DNA from: Paecilomyces variotii
Taxonomy: Eukaryota
Assembly: GCA_004022145.1 (NCBI GenBank)
Contig: RCNU01000002.1
Length of the DNA: 64,000 bases
Strand: one strand, 5' to 3'
Shown here: one piece after another, positions 59,774-64,000 of the stretch
Position numbering within the stretch: position 1 is the stretch's first letter
Layout of the letters: each line of letters opens with the position of its first letter
Notes under the pieces: generated by a model
Databases searched by the model: none
What the model saw: the letters and a program-made list of their open reading frames with translations, nothing else
Told to the model about the DNA's origin: nothing
Program-made: the position numbers and the translations under genes

Positions 59774-62152
59774 TCACGAGTCACCAGCAGACTGCGCAGG
59801 CTTCTCAGCAGGAGTCGACGAAGTCGAAGCAGGGGCAGGCGAGTCCGAGCTCGCACCGCCCTTGGTGAAGCCACCGCGACCTCTGCCACCACGTCCACCG
59901 CGGTCGCTGCCACGGCCTCGGCCTCGTCCACCAAATCCACCACGACCACGTCCGCCCTCACTGTCGCTGGCGCCTCCGCTCTGGTAACCGCGCTGTCCAG
60001 CATTCGCTCCGCCCCGGCTGCTAGCCTGCCAGGTTCCAGCGTTGCCCTGTGGGCCGCGGGGACCACGGTCTTCAAAAAACTTGAGGTTCGGCTTGCGAGG
60101 CTGACCAGGAGGGCTGGGTCTCTTGTGCTCTGCCGGCTGGCGGTCCAATGCAGCCTTTGCCTCCTCGACAGTAGCGAATGTCACAACATGGTTGAACTTG
60201 CCCCACTTCTCAACCTTCTGGATCTTCGCCTTGTCTTCTTCGGGGAAGAGGTCGCGGACAGCCTGTTCATTGTCGACGTTGGAGACGAACAGTCCGTTGC
60301 TAGCCTTCTTTTCACCCCTAGGGATAGGAGACTCGGAGGGCTTCTCAGGCTGAGTCGCGCCATTAGTCTCCGCTGGCGCCTTAGGAGACGCTACGCTTGG
60401 CTGCGAAGAAGCAGCAGTGGGCGGTTGAGGAGTCGCTGGCTTGGGGATGACCGGAGCTGGCGATGCCGTAGAACGCGCAGGACCCTGCAGCTTACCCTGA
60501 GCTGGCTGGGGAGTAGGCTGCTGTTGGAAAGGCGCACCAGCGCGGGGAGGCTGTGCCTGGCCAAATTGAGGAGCAGGACCACGGGCCTGAGCTGGCGCTG
60601 CTGCAGCGCCTGCAGGACCAGTAGGCAGAGCTGACTGAGCTGCATGGCTCATGGCCTTACCACCACGGTGGGCAAAGTTAAATCCTTGAGCGCGCATCTC
60701 CGTTCCTATCCGTCCACCTTCGATCTCCAGGGCCAGGTATCCGAAAGCAGCATCTGCCAAGTTGAAGTTCCACATGTTCTTAAAAGCACTCTCGTCAACT
60801 TGGCCAGCACCGTTTCCTGCTGCAACCGGTCCACCGAAGGGGTTACCTCCGTTAGCAACCGAGGGCATCTTGTTGACAATGTCGAGAGCGTTTTCGAGGA
60901 GGGTCTTCTGAGCCTCATTCGACGAAATCGCACCTTCGACCTCACCCCTCACGGTGTCCCAAACGTCGTTGAAGGAAGCTTTCGATGCTGCGAGTTTACC
61001 GCGGTAGTGATCAAGAGTCGGGTTGACGGAGAACTCATTGTAAGACGAGCCATAGCGGAAATGCAGACCAGCGGAGATCGAGAAATCGGCCTTGAGAGTG
61101 ACAGAAAGCTGGTTCAGCATACCCTCACGGGCGGGAGAGGCATGCGTGACAAAGATACGAGTCTCAGAGGGATCGTACACACGGTTTGCAGTGTCGACAA
61201 GCTCACCCATCTGGAGAAGGGTGGTCCACATAGTACCTTGCCCACCAGCAATAGTGGTCTTGCCCTCGCCGTTGTCAAACAGCTTATGCATGACCACAGC
61301 ACCTCCCAGACCGAGAAGACGGAGCTTCACACCTCCGATATCTAGCAATCGCGAGTTGGCCTCGTCAATGATGTGCAGCTTGTCTACCTTGTATTCGCCG
61401 GATCGGAATTTCTCCAGAACGCGCACATCCTCGCAAGCTCCCCATACAGTGTAGACTGGAACATCTAGGGTCAGTCGCTTATCTAGGAGCTGTGGCAGCT
61501 CGGATAGAGGGAGCTGTTCGGGAGAGAATCGTTGCTTGATGGACTGCTGCGGGGGGATCTGAGCAATGGTTCGCTTGGTGCTCTCAGGCAGGAGCGGAGA
61601 GTACTGTGCCACGTGCTTCAGGGTCCTGTGCTTGTTAGAACATGGCTCTCTAGCATAACAATGCACAACGCGACAATTCAAAGTGCGCAGAGCTCCCGAC
61701 TTACTTGTCTGCGATTCTCTCGAGAGAGGTGTCGTCGTAGAAACCGAAGTCACCGGTGTGAATGATGTAATCCGCACGAGCCTGCTTGGCAAGCTCATTC
61801 AACGACTTCAGGTTTCCTGGAATCGGACATGGTCAGCTTACAAATGTCCGCGGTCTCCATACAAGTGTTCTTCAAGCCACCAGGAATCTCTCCGTACCTC
61901 TGACATCCGCAATACACAGCACCCTCACGCTACCAGTCTGCATGACTCTGCCATTGTTAGGAAGGAGAGGAGTAGCTCCGGGAACAGCACCAGTAGCGGT
62001 TGAAGCGCCGTTCGGAAGATAGCCCGTCGAACCGAAGTTGTGAGGACGAGGCTGGTGCAATGTTTTTGTCAGTCTCAACTGACATCCCAAAAGCGCCTGT
62101 GGGAGCTTGCGCTGCGCGAATCTGGAGGAACACATGCACTTACAGAAGCCAT
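59774..62152 (-). CDS. Calcineurin-like metallophosphoesterase-fold protein (DUF2433-type) with C-terminal RRM and RGG tail, 4 exons
   Basis: ATGGCTTCT micro-exon; RVLCIADVRG/NL, IIHTGDFGFYD, VYTVWGACED, FVTHASP, SAGLH; RRM-like GLFVSNV...HVVTFATVEEAKAAL; GRGRGGFGGRGRGRG...GGRGGRGRGG. Confidence 0.8.
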
Positions 62153-62837
62153 GAGGGAGGTATGGAGTGAACTCAAGGTCGTATTTCAGAAGGAGACGTG
62201 TTAGAAGAGAGGAACGTGGGACGGTCGTCAAGGACGGAGGCGGTGGTTGAGATCTCAAAAGGACAGGGTAGGGGGAAAACGCGCTAGAGGAAAGTAGAGG
62301 CCGAAGTGAACCGTTAGGAGTTGCGTAAAGGCTGAGGATAGAAGAAGACGGCCTGGGGAGCTGCCGGCTATGGGAGGGAGTAAGGAGGAATGATATTAAA
62401 CGGGGCGGGATTCAGAAGACGAAGGAAGCGCAGTCAGACAACAACAGGAAGAGGCGTTGTTCGTTTCCTTTCGGTCTGGGGCAGCACCGTATCTTATGTA
62501 AGCACGCGGCTCAGCGATGTTGTTGTTGCCTCAGGCGCCGACTGAATACCAGATGGCATTGAGGATGCGTATTATCGCGATACATTCATGCGAGAATAAC
62601 GAATCTCGAGCCCTTTTCTACGGGCGTCTCTTTGTATTAGAAGAAATCTGATAAATCTTTCTTGTCCCGGCAACAAAGACCTTTATGATTGGCAATACTA
62701 CGGACTTAGATCCCGAAGATGGTTATCAGCATGTAAGTAAGTATTTTGTGATTGCGGGAAACTTATGCACAGTGTATATGATTAGCAAATATATGTGCTG
62801 TCTTATATATTTCTGTTGCAATCAAACACATTGTTGC

Positions 62838-64000
62838 TCACAGGTCCTCGGTTTTTAAACCAGCAGTATTCAAGTCCTCTGCATCCGCAGTTGCCGACCT
62901 CGTGGACAACGCGGAAAGTGAAACAGATCCAGGACCCTCCAGCGCCAGTAGAGCCAAATGACCGCCCACTGTCGGCCGCGCTTTGCACAAAACTCCTACG
63001 CCTGGCTTGTTGCCTTGAGCGGATGTAGAGATGTACCGATCAGAGAAAGGCCATGCATTCAATCCATTCGTCATGAATGCCCAGAGATCGTCTACAAACT
63101 GGTCTCGGGTCGTGGTACCAAATGTGCCAGCCAACCACATGTTCCAGTCAGACTTGGCCCAATCTTGGCGATTGTCAAGAGCGACCCCGTATTCACCTCG
63201 CACAGTTTGGAAAAACTTGCTTCCCATTGCATAGGCGGACGTAGGGAACGTTTCGAGGTCTAACAACACATCCGGATAAAGGTTATAAGGGGTCTTCCAT
63301 GTGGAGGGCATATCTGGGTACTCTAGGACGAAGTGAGTCCTGTTCGGATCTGTCCCGAGTCCGTCAGTATAAAAGATCTTTGCGTGCTCGTCACCGATAT
63401 CCGAGTAGTTTGTGAGTCCGCTGAGTTTTCCGAACGCCTTGAGACCGACAGCAGCCTTGATAGCAAGGTTTGTCTCGTTCGGAAGTGGGCCAGCCGCATC
63501 GTTAGTGGAAAGTTGGTTAGCTATGTTGATGCTATTGTCCACCAGATAATCTGCATATTTTTGCAACATGCCGGTATATTGTGCCGCCCACTGTGTGTCA
63601 CCAGTCGCCTTCGTGTATGCGTATGTAAGAATCATGAGATTCCCCGTTTCTTCAATGGGCATGGGTTCTGCTAGTTGATCGTCGTGGCCGGTAGCATTGG
63701 GATAGCTACTCCCAATGTCGTGAATCACGTAAGGCAGATGCCAGCGTCCAGCTGCCATATACCTCATGACCGGTTCCAGTAGGAGTCGAATGTAGTCAGG
63801 GTCCATGACGTAGTAGATTGGAAAAGCAGGCATGATAATATCCACTGTATTAACATTGCCGTCGCTCGAGATTTCTTTTATGAAGGCCAGAGGATCGCTG
63901 GTATCAAGCGTGTCATAGGGAATGGTTAAATCAATTCCAGCATAAGCTTGTCTCACAGACAGTGTCACTATATCAGAGTACTTCTGGCCGGCGACAGCTG
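62838..64000 (-). CDS. gtaA: Glutaminase A (GtaA family), 3' part; gene starts beyond the window
   Basis: LSVRQAYAG, FIKEISSDGNVNTVDII, HDIGSSYPNATGH, MPIEETGNLMI, NQLSTNDAAG, TNLAIKA, AKSDWNMW, ARPTVGGH. Confidence 0.88.
   Translation of the reverse strand, partial: AVAGQKYSDIVTLSVRQAYAGIDLTIPYDTLDTSDPLAFIKEISSDGNVNTVDIIMPAFPIYYVMDPDYIRLLLEPVMRYMAAGRWHLPYVIHDIGSSYPNATGHDDQLAEPMPIEETGNLMILTYAYTKATGDTQWAAQYTGMLQKYADYLVDNSINIANQLSTNDAAGPLPNETNLAIKAAVGLKAFGKLSGLTNYSDIGDEHAKIFYTDGLGTDPNRTHFVLEYPDMPSTWKTPYNLYPDVLLDLETFPTSAYAMGSKFFQTVRGEYGVALDNRQDWAKSDWNMWLAGTFGTTTRDQFVDDLWAFMTNGLNAWPFSDRYISTSAQGNKPGVGVLCKARPTVGGHLALLALEGPGSVSLSALSTRSATADAEDLNTAGLKTEDL

Noticed and set aside
1-64000. tRNA, rRNA, CRISPR arrays, intact transposons, TGA-CTA readthrough signals
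   Set aside because: No cloverleaf context around GGTTCGA words, no repeat-spacer arrays, no transposase/RT motifs or terminal repeats, and none of the stops checked has the TGA-CTA context. Visual inspection only.

Overview
Intron-rich genomic DNA of a filamentous ascomycete (Eurotiales-like, Aspergillus/Paecilomyces/Talaromyces type; species cannot be fixed from the sequence). About 23 protein-coding genes. Two blocks are mostly housekeeping: 0.5-16 kb (ubc12, cox9, taf8, som1, XRCC2-like, PLP serine/threonine dehydratase-like, ilv5, an isochorismatase-AlkB-GST fusion, dienoyl-CoA isomerase, hsp30) and 40-64 kb (kap123, ncr1/NPC1, NmrA-like, yap1, spf30, a metallophosphoesterase-RRM-RGG protein, partial gtaA). 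Between them lie a patch of decayed gene fragments (17-20.5 kb), tfb5, and an accessory-looking block (21.6-38.2 kb): two MFS transporters, a secreted heme-thiolate peroxidase, a CFEM/Pth11-type receptor and a secreted GMC oxidoreductase, followed by a TpA-rich RIP-like tract. Most notable: (i) the peroxidase-CFEM receptor-GMC trio, where both enzymes appear to lack a canonical catalytic residue; (ii) a C/D-box snoRNA (snR71/U29-like guide) inside a kap123 intron; (iii) the three-domain isochorismatase-AlkB-GST protein; (iv) a 940-nt ATG-free stretch upstream of yap1. Family assignments rest on motif recognition and recalled reference sequences, not database searches; exon borders were read by hand.
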